A stretch of DNA of 63,637 nt, the filler included, from Craspedostauros australis (taxonomy: Eukaryota): assembly GCA_030167865.1 (NCBI GenBank). It is 12 parts of 12 records of this genome, joined end to end, with 100 filler letters (N's around TTAATTAATTAA, not from the genome) between each part and the next. Parts side by side here need not be neighbours in the genome. Positions count along the whole stretch, not along the records: positions 33,124 to 55,785 come from JALAGF010005815.1; 11 more parts are not named here. The stretch is one strand, 5' to 3'. Both the position numbers and the translations under genes were made by a program. The notes under the pieces were generated by a model. That model worked only from the letters and a program-made list of their open reading frames with translations, searched no databases and was not told the DNA's origin. Shown one piece after another: positions 36,945 through 48,525 of the stretch (its first letter is position 1; every line of letters starts with the position of its first letter).

Positions 36945-38275
36945 ATGAAGCTCGCTCTTGCTGCCACCCTCGTCTCCGGCGTCGCCGCCTTCACTTCCCA
37001 GAGTGCCTCCCGTGCCTCTACTTCCCTCAACGATGCCATGGCTGACTTGAAGGAGGTTGCCGAGAAGTCCAACCCAGTCTTGAAGGTCAGTCGAATGATC
37101 GGAGGTTGTGATCATTGGGAAGCACCGCCTCCTCACTGCACGACAGAAACACCACGCGCTCCTGCATCACACCCAGGAAGGACGGCCAATCCGCCTGATG
37201 GTAGACGAATGAAGGATGGCCATCGATGCTGTGTCGGATTTGAAGCGACTTTGGCGAGCCTCCGATGCTCATTGGCTTCATCCATTCCCGACAGTTTTCG
37301 TGACTCCACAGGAATCGGCTTGGCAACCTCAGGTTCCAGGTCTCTTCCCACGGAGCGCATCAACTTATGCGATTGTGAAGCTGAGATAGCGTGCACTCGG
37401 AGCATGCAACCAGCTTCAAGCCACAGAGCGACGCTAGGGATGGCTATGGATACAACTCAATCTTCTTGTGTGTCAACAAGAGAATTCGCAAACTCCCATC
37501 CATTGCGTCGCTAACCCATTCTTCTTTGCGCTCACTTGAATCGATTCACCACGTTGCGTACGAATGCACACGCATCAACTCTCCTCTACGGCACGTTGGC
37601 ATGCACCCTGACATCGATGATGACAACAACCGGCCATTCCAAAACACAAATTTCACGCCACCACCTTGCTTTACTCGACTCGAATCACAGTACTATGATC
37701 CACTCGAGCTTGCCTCCACCACCATCTTCGGCGAGAGCAACGAGGCCACCATCGGATTCCTCCGTCACTCCGAGATCAAGCACGGACGCGTCGCCATGGC
37801 CGCCTTCGTCGGATACTGCGTGCAGTCCAACGGAATCCACTGGCCATGGCCAATGACCTCCGACGGCACCCCATTCCCATTCGCCGCCGGATCCCCACCG
37901 GAACAGTGGGATGCCCTCCCAGATGCCGCCAAGTGGCAGATCATCATCTTCGTTGGATTCCTCGAGCAGTTCTCTGAGGCCAACGGAACCCACTACATGC
38001 GCGGAGGTAAGCCAGGTGCATTCCCAAAGTTCTCTGACCACCCAGAGGGCATCCCACACCCAGTCCCATTCAACCTCTTCGATCCATTTGGTCTGTCCAA
38101 GAACCGCTCCGAGGAGGCCAAGGCTAAGGGCCTCATCGCGGAGATCAACAACGGACGTCTGGCAATGATCGGAATCATCGGCTTCCTGTCCGAGCAAAAG
38201 CTCGCTGGATCCGTCCCGCTCCTCGAGGGAGTTGTCCCACCATACGCCGGTGAGCCAATGGCTCCATTCGGTTAA
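36945..38275 (+). CDS. LHC: Fucoxanthin-chlorophyll a/c light-harvesting protein (probably Lhcq-like), 241 aa; join(36945-37085, 37691-38275)
   Basis: Signal peptide with AA|F cleavage motif; EIKHGRVAM and EINNGRLAM chlorophyll-binding helices; YDPL/FDPFG motifs; phase-0 605-bp GT-AG intron. Confidence 0.95.
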
Positions 38276-40357
38276 ACCCGCTTCCATTCGGGCCTTCCTT
38301 CGTTGGGACTGACGCTGAATTCGAACCGGGATTCCAGTGCAAACACATAGTACAAGCTGGCGGCAATAGGTCTCCACTTCCGAACAAGGTCCGGGCTGAA
38401 GCACAATCTGCGTTATTGCTTTGCGCAGATTGATTGGATGGATGGATTTGATAAGACATGCGCACCATCCGGTAGTGTACAACCAATGCAAATATAGAAA
38501 GGAAGTCACTGTCACTCGCGTCTCACTTTTCATGTTTCGTCGCGGACTCGGAAATAGCAGAGCGGAGTAGCACATCACGCGGTACTGGGTGTAAGCGTGG
38601 AAAGCACTGCCAAATCCATGCGCTGAGGAACAATGATGTAAATGGTGGGATCCTGTATGGACACGAGGAGAATAGTTGTTGCATGCATTGTAATAGAATA
38701 CAAGGTACGAGTATGATAGGGTACCTGCTACACGCACCGCCGAGGAATGGAACCAATCGTGGCGGCCGTATTCGTCCACCAAGGCCCCGCCTCCTGTTTC
38801 GAACAGAAAAAGCCTTCACATTCGCTTGGATCATGGACGCGCGCTATACTTGTTGTGCAGATGCTATTACATGTTGCAGTTCATTCGTACCCATGGTTCT
38901 TCACGCCTGTGCGCAAATAGCCATGTTCCGCAATCCTTCCAAGACCTTTGGGGTTGCGCCTTTGACGCGGTTTGTGATTCATCCGTCTCGTTTCAAGGTG
39001 GAAGATGACCTGTCAGAGACGTTTACTCTTGCTCTGGGTACGATTATCACCGTTGGGGACTTCTTGAGGTTGCAGAGCACGTCCTTTATATTTCTGCGGA
39101 GAGAGAGAGAAGAGAAAACACAACACAACACAGCACTCCACTGAATTGTGATGTCCGCGTACCACAGCTCGTATACTCGCGATACCATGCACACGATCCA
39201 CTCGTATTGTATGTACGAGTGCCAAGAGAGCGAGAAAGAATGCGCCGATGGCATGAGCTTGTACGCTCCGACGTCGTCATGAGGTTCATCGCCCAAGCCT
39301 GTCGACGTGTTCCGCTCTGCCGATCTGGTTCAACTTGGTTGATGGGAGAACGATCCAAGGAGAGTCACAGACGAAGGATGCAAGTATGGCATAGCTCGTA
39401 ATAGGTATTATATTGTATTCTATAATATTATATTAGACTATACCAAAATGCACGTGTAATCCACCCTGCTTTCTTGGAAAGAACCCTGAAGTACAACGGC
39501 GGCAGTCTTGGGGGTTCACAAGTACTCGCACTTTGCTCTTACATGCATCGTGATCCCTCCATGTCTGCCGGCTTCTTCATGATGGCTGGTAGCGATTTCT
39601 GTTGCTCCTTGGTTTCTCTTGTGCCGATACGAGCGACATTGTGAAGCATCCGCTGTCGCATTCGCGCTGTGGCGGACTGCCGCCACAACCAAACAAAAAC
39701 GGGAAGGGGGGATGGGAGGTGTCTGGATCTGTGACGCCGAAAGGTAGCGGTTGCCTTGGGCACGTGACCCGTGCGGCCTCCTCCCATGGATTCCTTTCAT
39801 GGAATACGCGTACCTACTCCGACAGTATTCGGTCTGATGTGAGTCTCCCAGGGGATACAAGGTTCAGCGCGTTTGCATTGCCGTTTCTGCAACTTGATTC
39901 ATTGTTGCTGCTCCTGCTCCTGTTGTTGCCATCGTCGTTGGTGCTCTTGTTGTTCCTGTGGTAGTAGCAACGTCGGTGATGTTATTGCGCCCTCCCGATC
40001 ATTCGACTTCAACTTCTCCCTCCCCACGGGCCTTCTTTCCTAGTCGCCCGTGCGTTAGTATGACGTTCACAATCATGGGTGTTGGCGCTTTTGTTTGGCC
40101 ATGAACTGTGTCTTCCACCGAATGATACCATCCTGCGCAGACATACTATATCTGTGCATAGCATATGTAGAACTGAATGCCCGAGTAGGGTGATCTGGTC
40201 GAACATGGGGCTTGGCATTTATCGGGCATGCATGCACGCATGCATACATGGATGCGTTTGCAGGTACAGACTGGTACAAGCGCACCGGCCTGTGGACGCA
40301 GATGGAAGCTCAACGATCATTCCTGCGTGAGATACTCGCCGTCACCGCTACTCCTGA

Positions 40358-41198
40358 TCACATGCCAAGGCAGAAGAGGAACCAGAACGGCGCATCTGCG
40401 AAGAATTCGATGGGCACCGGGTGTGCGTGCCTCGTGTCGTTCACCTTGACCTTGGCATCGCGAGGCAAAGTAGGCGGGGCCATGAATTGCTGTCGGCAGC
40501 ATGGACAGCTTTCATCTCGCAGGAGCCATTCCACGATGCAATCTGCGTGGAAGGCGTGCTGACATCTCGGGTTCGTTGATCGGCAGACGGGGCCCATCCA
40601 GTTGCTGTTGTCGTTGCTTCTGTCGTTGTTTTTCCCCAGGTCACCACCGTTGACTGTGACGGTTCTGCCGTCCTCCTCCTCATCGAGGTTTTCCAGGCAG
40701 ATGGGACACCGTTCGCAGCAATGCAATGCGCCCACTCGATGCTTCGGTTTGGTGCTGGTGTCACCATGAGTTCTTGTTGGCACCTGCGCAAGATTCATTG
40801 ATGGTGAACATGTGGGCGTCGGCAGTATCGTCGGTGGATGTCAGCGCAGGTGGTGGCACAGTCGTCAATCGCACAAGAAGGGATGGAGATGAGAAGTGTG
40901 TTGGGAATCCGCAGAGCATGACGCCTCGTCTCTCTCCTCGGCAAGACCACACGCAACAAACAAAAACGGCGAACAGGGCCCACCCCCGAATGAATCCATC
41001 AACCTGCGCACGTACCTGCTCACGCAGCAATTTCTCCTTGAGTAATCTCCTTCTGGTCGCTGTGTCGAGTGTTGCTGTGTTATGCTGTTGTGTCCAGGAT
41101 TCACCGCGCGAGCCTTCGTTGGGACACAGCCGGTATGCCATGATAATGATGGCCAGGAGTGTGCTGTTCACCAGGACGTAACCGATTCCCAGAATCAT
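40358..41198 (-). CDS. Membrane-anchored RING-H2 E3 ligase-like protein; proposed join(41016-41198, 40358-40783)
   Basis: CPIC…CQHAFHADC…WL…CPCCR is a RING-H2 motif; hydrophobic N-terminal segment; proposed phase-0 intron 41015-40784. Confidence 0.75.
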
Positions 41199-43009
41199 GG
41201 CGAAAGTGATGATGCTGCGGACAATGAAGGAGGTAAGGAGGGAGGAAAGTGTGCAAGTGACGATGATGGCGATGCCGTGGTGAGATGGTGAGAACAGAAA
41301 GAACAGAGCGAGGAGGGATAAGGAGAGAGCTCGCATCGTCCACCATCCACCCTGGTGGACCACGCGTATTGCCATGGGGCCTGTTTCGCAACAGTCCATC
41401 ATTGGAAGTTAGCGCACGAAGGTCCGCACATGATGGCCAGCCAAGAGAGCAGCAGATCGACGAGCAGTTCCACGTACCAGCACCATGACAGGATAGATAT
41501 GTTCAACAGATGGAATGTCATATTTGCGCGTTATTTTGGTGATGTGCTGTGTTGTGCTGTCTTGTACTGGAGCTGAGTGGCGTCAATGATGTTGTCGGGA
41601 GGTGTTGGCGTTGATGTAAACGTTGATGTTGCACGGGCGTGGTATGATGTGTTGGATTGTGAGAGTTGAAACTTGTGAGAGGAATCAGAACGTGCTGTCG
41701 AGTACTCAACTTTTCGGCATTGGTGGATGGGCGGGTTGGGGATGATGTGGTGGTTGAAGCCTGTATGGATCAATCGTGGGAGGCAGAGAGAAGCGCAGTT
41801 GCGAGGTGGTGTAGGATGCTGCAGTGTGATGCGGTGCCATGTGATGTGATGTGATGTGATGTGATGCGACGTGGTGCCAGGCGATACATCCGCAGTAGAG
41901 TGGCAGCCGGATACGATTCGAGACAGATCGAAATCCAACTTGACTTTGGTTTGAGTTGAGTTGAGTTGAGTTGATCTGGAGCCGTGGGTGGTTGTTGTGG
42001 TGGGATTCGGTGGGATTGGCCACAACCACAACCACGAACGTCGCTGTGGCTGCGACTGAAGTCGTGTGGTTGGAATTGATGAGGGGCTGCGCCTTCAGCC
42101 TTCGGTTGTGGTTGGTCATGGTGACCCACAAGAAGCCCCCCATCCCCCAGATTGACATTCGCTGTCTTGGTGTGGAGCCAAGGGCAGCTGCTCGCCACAG
42201 AACACAGAAAGAGGGCACCGCAAAAAGTACGAAGCACCATTGGGGAGCCTCGTTTACTGCCGTTCTGCCAAGGTTCAATCCCCGGTTCCCTCGCACACGT
42301 TTCTCTCTCTGCATTCGTGATGTCTGGATTCTCGGATTCACGCGATGAGAAGCCCCACGTTCGTTGATTTGCTCTCGCGCAGTCGTGAGTCATGAGCGAC
42401 TGTGGAATGAAGAATCTGCCTTTCGGCGGGAATTTGTGATCAGCCAAATCCAAACAGACACACAACGCAAAGTCGAGGACACGACGGAAACATGACACCA
42501 AGAAAAAGGTGTTCCATCTCGGTTCACAGAGGCTGTGTGGGCACAAGTCGAAACCAGCCCCAACCCAGGGAGTTTGGAGTAGGACAGGGACTGCATTGCT
42601 CTTCGTGTCCCATCCACCCTCGCGCTCGGACGTATCCATGCCCCTTGCGCACTCATTGGAAGCGCATCATGCAATCTGTGCTCGCACATCTGTTCGTATC
42701 GCGCACTCGTTCCTCGAAATGATTCTGTCGTGCGTACGAATTCATACTTGCCTCCAACATCAACATCAACCAGCGTTTCAGCCAAAGACATCACAATCGA
42801 CTTCTGACTGCATCCTGAATCACCCATCACCCATCACCCATCATCAACCATCACCCGTTGCCCGCCAGCCATCGGGCACCAGCCATTGACCATCAACCAT
42901 CATCTACGACCACCTTTCTCTGACTGCATTCTGACCATCCTTGGTCACACAACACCAGCACCCAGGGTGACAAAAATCGAGCAATCTCAAGTTGAACAAC
43001 GCCAGCCAA

Positions 43010-45499
43010 ATGAAGACAAGGGCGAGGAAGACTGAGGGCAGCTCCAGCGATCGTGGAACCGGCGACTCCAACAATGGTCCGGAAACGAAGAGGGCGAAGC
43101 GCAGCAACGGTGGCCCGACGACGCAGGCCAAGCTGTCGTCCTTCTTTGCCGCACGCAAGAAACCACCGCCGCAGCCTTCATCGCCATCGTCATCATCGCC
43201 ATCACCATCACCTTCCCGGACAACATCTGCGGGGAAGCAACCGGCAGTGGCAAGGGCGGATGCCTTGATGGCTGCGACCGCGACGAAGCCATGCACCGAT
43301 CCAGTGCTGGATGGCATCAAGGACGGCCCCATCCATCCAAAAGAGGTGCCACCCAGGCCCGACGTGCACTGGAAGTCTTACTACGACAACCACATCATCA
43401 CGCGCAAGGTCTCCAAGCAGGAGCCACGCGAAAAGGTGGCTGCTCTCGACATGGACGGGACGTTGCTTTCCTGGCTGGTGCAGTACCCATCGCAGCTGGA
43501 GCAGTACGAGCTGTGGTCCACGTCCATCATCCCCAAGCTGCGCAAGCTGCACGATGACGAGGGGTACAGATTGTGCATCTTTTCCAACCAAGGCTCCGTC
43601 CGCAGCGCGCACACCGGCAAGAAGGCGACCAGGGTCAAGCTCATCGTCGACTGGCTCGCGCACATCATCAACCGACCGCTATTCGCCATCCTGTCCACGA
43701 AGAGCCGCAAGGCGAGCAAGGATTCCTACCACAAGCCATCCTACGGATTGTGGGAGGCAGCGGAGGTTCTGCTCAACAAGAAGGTGAACTTCGACATCGG
43801 GCAAAGCTTCTTCGTCGGTGACTCTGTCATCGAGGATCCGCAGGATACCCAAGGTGGCGTAGACGAGAACTTCGCCCTGAATGTGGGCAAGGAACGCAAC
43901 GGGACTCTCAAGTTCTACACCCCGAAGCAGTACTTTGGTCCCACGGACGAGGAGCGGCGTTCCGCCTCGTCGGGCGGTTCAGGAAAGGATGCCATCCCCA
44001 AGCACGCTCTGGAGGCACGAGCAGCATTGCTCGGTGCGTACACCAAGGGGCCGATCATGCTCATGTTGTGCGGCATCCAAGGCAGTGGCAAATCAACCTT
44101 CTGCAACCACCTGATGCGGTCGCCGAAGGATGATGGGCAGCCGCAACAACCACAGCAACCGCAACAAGCAGACAACTGTCATTGGCAGTACCTGAGCCAG
44201 GACACAATCAGCAATGGCAAACCAGGGAAGAGGGAGAAGGTCGAAGAAAAGGCCAAACAGGCGCTGGAGGCTGGCCGATCCGTTATCATCGACAGGACGC
44301 ACTTGGATCCCACGCAGCGTTCGCACTTTCTGCGTGTCGCGGAGTCGGTGCAATCATCCTCACCCATCCCCGTTCATATCGTCGTCCTGGATCCACCAAA
44401 GTCGATCATCGGGAAGAGGGTCAAAGAGCGGACCAACCACCCGGGCAAGGTTCAGGGTGAGAAGGCGGCGGCATTCGCCATGCGCGCCAAGCTGATTCCT
44501 CCCACATACGACGAAGGCTTCACGTTGATTTCGAGAACCATGTCGGTAGCTGGGGCGATTGGGATTGCGAGGTTGTACGCGGCTCTCTTCGACCGTGCTG
44601 TGCCCAAGAAGATCCCCGACGATTGGTTCCAACTGCGCAATGAATCCGCAGCAAGCGTTGCGCCGCTATGTCTGGGTATGTACAAGGTGAACAAAAAGGC
44701 AGTGGGCGGTGTTATTCGGAAGGCTGCGTCGGCTGGATTCCGCTGTATCGACACAGCACCGACCTACGATAACGAAACCCAGCTGGGTGACGTCCTCCAC
44801 ACGAGCAACGCAGCATCTGTTGCGTGTATTGTCAAGGTGCCCAAAAGGGCCAAGACGCCTGAGCAGGTTCGGAAAGAAGTCGAATCCAGCCTGGCCAAAT
44901 TACAACTCCAACAAGCAGACTTCCTGCTGCTGCATTGGCCCAGCGATGTGATGGGAGCCAAAACGATGGCCGAAGTATGGAAGGCCATGGAAGACTGCGT
45001 GGAAGATGGCTTGTGCAAATCGTTGGGCGTTTGCAATTTCAACGAGGCTGCGCTGCTGGAGTTGCTGCCGTACTGCAACATCCGACCAGCCATAAACCAA
45101 GTGGAGCGCCATCTGCTGCTTCCACAATGGGAACTGCTCGATTTCTGCTGGCGCAATGACATCATCCCCCAGGCTCACTCTCCGTTGGGGTGTGCCAGTC
45201 CGATGCTGCTGGATAATGCGACAGTGAGGAAAATCGCGAACGAAATCGGCGCGTCGCCTGCACAGGTCTTGCTGCGGTGGAATTTGCAGAGCCACGTCCC
45301 CGTCGTATGCAAGTGTTCCACATCAGGCCACCAGGAGGAGGCAATCGCATCCGCGGCATCCGTTGAGTTGTCGCAGCAGCACATGGAAGACTTGAACATG
45401 GTCTCCAAAGATCCAGCATCACACAAGCGGTTCGTTGCACCACCGTTCATGTATGGCAAGGCGACATTCTGCTGGGGGCTGAAATGGAAGAGTTCCTGA
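43010..45499 (+). CDS. PNKP: PNKP-like 3'-phosphatase/5'-kinase fused to an aldo-keto reductase, 829 aa
   Basis: HAD motifs DMDGTL, FSNQG, YHKP and FFVGD; P-loop GIQGSGKST with SQD and IIDRTH; AKR motifs IDTAPTY, IVK, LLHWP, GVCNF, NQVE.H, SPLG and AQVLLRW. One uninterrupted ORF with no Ns. Confidence 0.9.
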   Translation: MKTRARKTEGSSSDRGTGDSNNGPETKRAKRSNGGPTTQAKLSSFFAARKKPPPQPSSPSSSSPSPSPSRTTSAGKQPAVARADALMAATATKPCTDPVLDGIKDGPIHPKEVPPRPDVHWKSYYDNHIITRKVSKQEPREKVAALDMDGTLLSWLVQYPSQLEQYELWSTSIIPKLRKLHDDEGYRLCIFSNQGSVRSAHTGKKATRVKLIVDWLAHIINRPLFAILSTKSRKASKDSYHKPSYGLWEAAEVLLNKKVNFDIGQSFFVGDSVIEDPQDTQGGVDENFALNVGKERNGTLKFYTPKQYFGPTDEERRSASSGGSGKDAIPKHALEARAALLGAYTKGPIMLMLCGIQGSGKSTFCNHLMRSPKDDGQPQQPQQPQQADNCHWQYLSQDTISNGKPGKREKVEEKAKQALEAGRSVIIDRTHLDPTQRSHFLRVAESVQSSSPIPVHIVVLDPPKSIIGKRVKERTNHPGKVQGEKAAAFAMRAKLIPPTYDEGFTLISRTMSVAGAIGIARLYAALFDRAVPKKIPDDWFQLRNESAASVAPLCLGMYKVNKKAVGGVIRKAASAGFRCIDTAPTYDNETQLGDVLHTSNAASVACIVKVPKRAKTPEQVRKEVESSLAKLQLQQADFLLLHWPSDVMGAKTMAEVWKAMEDCVEDGLCKSLGVCNFNEAALLELLPYCNIRPAINQVERHLLLPQWELLDFCWRNDIIPQAHSPLGCASPMLLDNATVRKIANEIGASPAQVLLRWNLQSHVPVVCKCSTSGHQEEAIASAASVELSQQHMEDLNMVSKDPASHKRFVAPPFMYGKATFCWGLKWKSS

Positions 45500-45897
45500 T
45501 TCTCTACTACACGAGAACGAATACTGGAATACTCCAATGCACTGGATGAATACATTGAACAATATGTTATTGTGCAGTACATGATAGTAGAAGAGAGCAG
45601 AGTATGCCATAGTGCTTCACTCGCAAAGAGGACTGTTCTCTGCTCCACTCCGCTCGCTTCGTTCTGGCCATCGTGTACAGATCGTGGCCAGTGGGCAGCT
45701 GGACGCCGGCTGCAAGCAATTCCGAGTTACTCATAGAGAAGCATCAAGATCAGTGCGAAGAACAGCCCAGAAGTTAGAGAAATGAATTGAACTCGTTATC
45801 GGCAGGTTTGTTTGCACTTGTACTATTCGTGCGCGTATTGTGGTCCTTGAGCATCATGCAGCATACTCGTGCGAGTGCTCGTGGGCGTGCGATAGCA

Positions 45898-47985
45898 TCA
45901 CTTGGATGGCAGCAATGTTGTTGTTGGCGTTGGCGACGTTGGTGACGGTGGACACGGGGTCGATTCGGATTGATCCTCCAAGTCCGTCATTGGGACCAGC
46001 TCCACACGAAACCTGCCAAGACCGGCCATTTCTTCCTCTCGAAACGGCAGGTAGACACCACAGCTGTACACGAAAGCCGCAATGGCCACCGCAGTGTATC
46101 CAGTCCAAACGAAGACCGAGTACTGTTCCGGTTTGGAGAACATGAGCCCAAGACAGAAGGGAAAGAATCCAAACATGCACTCCATCGAACTTTGGACGCC
46201 ACCGACACGTCCGCGGATATCGACGGGAACCTGCTCCTGCATCATCTGAACGATCGCAATGTCGAACACCCACAACCCCAGGCGGCTCGGAAGTACCCCG
46301 GCGACGAGCAGCGCAGTTGAGTCGCCGAAAAACACCGACGATGCCGAGATGCTGAGGCATGTGATTTCCCATACGATGCTCCAAAACCCCGTGAATTCCA
46401 AGCTCCAACCGCACATCTCGGTCGAAGATCGGTATGCCAAGGTGCCCAGCAAGCCGACGGCGTTGGAAACACCTCGCAGGACCCCGATCTTGTCCAGCGT
46501 CATGCCCTGCGCGATGAGGTAGGCAGTCATGAGGCCGGAAAACGTCAAGGTGTTTAAATGTAACAACGCTAAGCCGATGCCTCCGTACGTCGCTGCGCCT
46601 TGACGCAGGTAGAGCTTGATGCTTGACAGGACCGATGTGGACGCGGTCGATGATGTTGATGTTGATGCGCCTTCCTTCTGCTTCGCCAAATTACATTCCG
46701 GAGCACCTGCAACGAGTGCCTTGTTGTTGGACACGTTGGATCCATGTTTGGATGACGTTGACGCTGATGTTGATGCTGATGCCGCTTCCTCGTTTGATCC
46801 AGGTTCTGGTGTTGTGTTCGTGAGATATTCGCTTTCGAGTGCTGTGTCGGAATCGCTGTCGTCAACGTCATCAATGTCATTGTCGTTGTCACCACTCTGC
46901 TGCGGGTGGATTGGCGCTGCGAGGACTGGGATCAGCGAATGGATGCGTGCAATGCAGATCAATTCGATGACCAGCGCGGCGACATTCCATCCGCTGATCC
47001 AAAGAATGGCCGGGGATAGATCGGAGCTCCCGTGTGGCCTCTGCGCTTGCGAGTTTGCGGAGGTGGTGTCGTGCGCGGCGTCGGGAGATGGCGTGATAGT
47101 CCACATGGCCAGGAACCACCCCGCGAATGTCGGAGCCATGACTTTGCATGCCAGATCGATCTGCTTCATCTGCACGTTGGTCTTCGACAGCCACAGGCTG
47201 GATGCCTTCGGCGGTGGGCGAGAATGGGGGAGAGTCGCCGGCTGGTTGGTGACGTCGTTCGTGGATTGGGTCGGCATGATGGGGCCATCTCGAGTCGGTT
47301 CCACCACGCATGTGCTCATCGCGACGATCCAATCCTTTTCGACTGCGACCAGGAAGCTCCGATCCAGTACTTGTGCGATGGCACCGCAAATGTGAACCAC
47401 TGCGAGGCACACGATCTCTTCGAATGACCATCTCGGTGCGAAGCTGCTGCCATCTTGTTCCTCCTCGTGAGTGATGGATTGGTTATTATACCCATCACTT
47501 CCATCGTCATGGACGTCACCAACGTCGCCAACGCCGCCACCATTGGCATCATGCCTTCGCAACAGATACCAGCACCCCGCCGTTGCCAGGACGACGAACA
47601 TGTTCTCACATGAGATCCACACCTGCGCAAGCCGCAGCCGCTGTCCCTTGCGCGCGTATCCATCAATGAGAATGCCAGTGTAGGGGAGGATGGTCGTGGT
47701 TGCCAACCCCACCACGATGCCGTAGGTCGAGACCAGCAGCAGATCGTAGTTGGACAATGCCGCGAGAAGCAGGACCAGGCAGAATTGCCACGACCACTCG
47801 CTGAATTGATTCAACGCATGCGAGGCGTACATCAGCCAAAGTGCGTGGTTAAGATCATCGGGATGCACTTGTGGCGCCGCGGGAGGCAGAGCCGGAGTCG
47901 CACTCTCCGTTGAAACCGGCATTGAAGTCGAGGATGCCGACGCTGTCGTTGGAACCGATGCTGTTGTTGGATTGGGTTGGAGCAT
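45898..47985 (-). CDS. FPN: Ferroportin (SLC40/IREG family) metal exporter, 695 aa
   Basis: LMYASHAL…W.F, LVSTYG, VAVEKDWIV, MKQIDL.CK..AP, TLTFSGLMTAYL and SRLGLWVFDIAIVQMMQE.VP…RG.VGGVQ are FPN1-family motifs; multiple TM segments. Confidence 0.9.
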   Translation of the reverse strand: MLQPNPTTASVPTTASASSTSMPVSTESATPALPPAAPQVHPDDLNHALWLMYASHALNQFSEWSWQFCLVLLLAALSNYDLLLVSTYGIVVGLATTTILPYTGILIDGYARKGQRLRLAQVWISCENMFVVLATAGCWYLLRRHDANGGGVGDVGDVHDDGSDGYNNQSITHEEEQDGSSFAPRWSFEEIVCLAVVHICGAIAQVLDRSFLVAVEKDWIVAMSTCVVEPTRDGPIMPTQSTNDVTNQPATLPHSRPPPKASSLWLSKTNVQMKQIDLACKVMAPTFAGWFLAMWTITPSPDAAHDTTSANSQAQRPHGSSDLSPAILWISGWNVAALVIELICIARIHSLIPVLAAPIHPQQSGDNDNDIDDVDDSDSDTALESEYLTNTTPEPGSNEEAASASTSASTSSKHGSNVSNNKALVAGAPECNLAKQKEGASTSTSSTASTSVLSSIKLYLRQGAATYGGIGLALLHLNTLTFSGLMTAYLIAQGMTLDKIGVLRGVSNAVGLLGTLAYRSSTEMCGWSLEFTGFWSIVWEITCLSISASSVFFGDSTALLVAGVLPSRLGLWVFDIAIVQMMQEQVPVDIRGRVGGVQSSMECMFGFFPFCLGLMFSKPEQYSVFVWTGYTAVAIAAFVYSCGVYLPFREEEMAGLGRFRVELVPMTDLEDQSESTPCPPSPTSPTPTTTLLPSK

Positions 47986-48525
47986 TGCGAATCGTTCGTT
48001 TTGTGGCAGAAAGATCTGGTGCGGGTATTAGTATTATTATTATATTCTATAATATAATAGAATATTATACTCTGGAGTATTTAGTATGGTGGAGTGCCTG
48101 TGAGTATTGGTTTGATGGGGTGGAGCAATGGCAACATGAGCACGCGTGTGTTACTGTTTGTTACTATCTGTTACTGTGTGTAGTCGCATGGTGGACCACG
48201 CGTCTTGATGGGCGTGCGATTGATGCCGCATTCGTACCAATGCTCGTGGGGCGACGGGTGCTGATCTTGTCTTGGAGGATCGTTGTTGCCCGAACGGCAC
48301 AACCATGTACCTACGCTTGGCAAATGTTCTGTGGAGTGATGGCGGATGGAAGCGTGCCGGTTCGGTTGATTGGTTTTGGGTGACTTTTCGATCCGCGAAC
48401 TCGCGCATTTTCTTGGCCTATCAAGTACGTTTGCGATTGGTCGTTCAGAATTCAAGTTGAGCTAATGGCCTGTCGATAATGGCCTCTCTCTAGTTTAACT
48501 CCCCATGTTCGATTTTCTCACACCG

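Noticed and set aside
38850..40000. Spliced minus-strand gene between LHC and RING
   Set aside because: Splice-like signals are present, but no consistent open exon chain or domain could be built.
43010..47985. Functional cluster of PNKP-AKR with ferroportin (iron/oxidative damage)
   Set aside because: Convergent neighbours in a compact eukaryotic genome; adjacency alone is not evidence without conserved synteny or co-expression.
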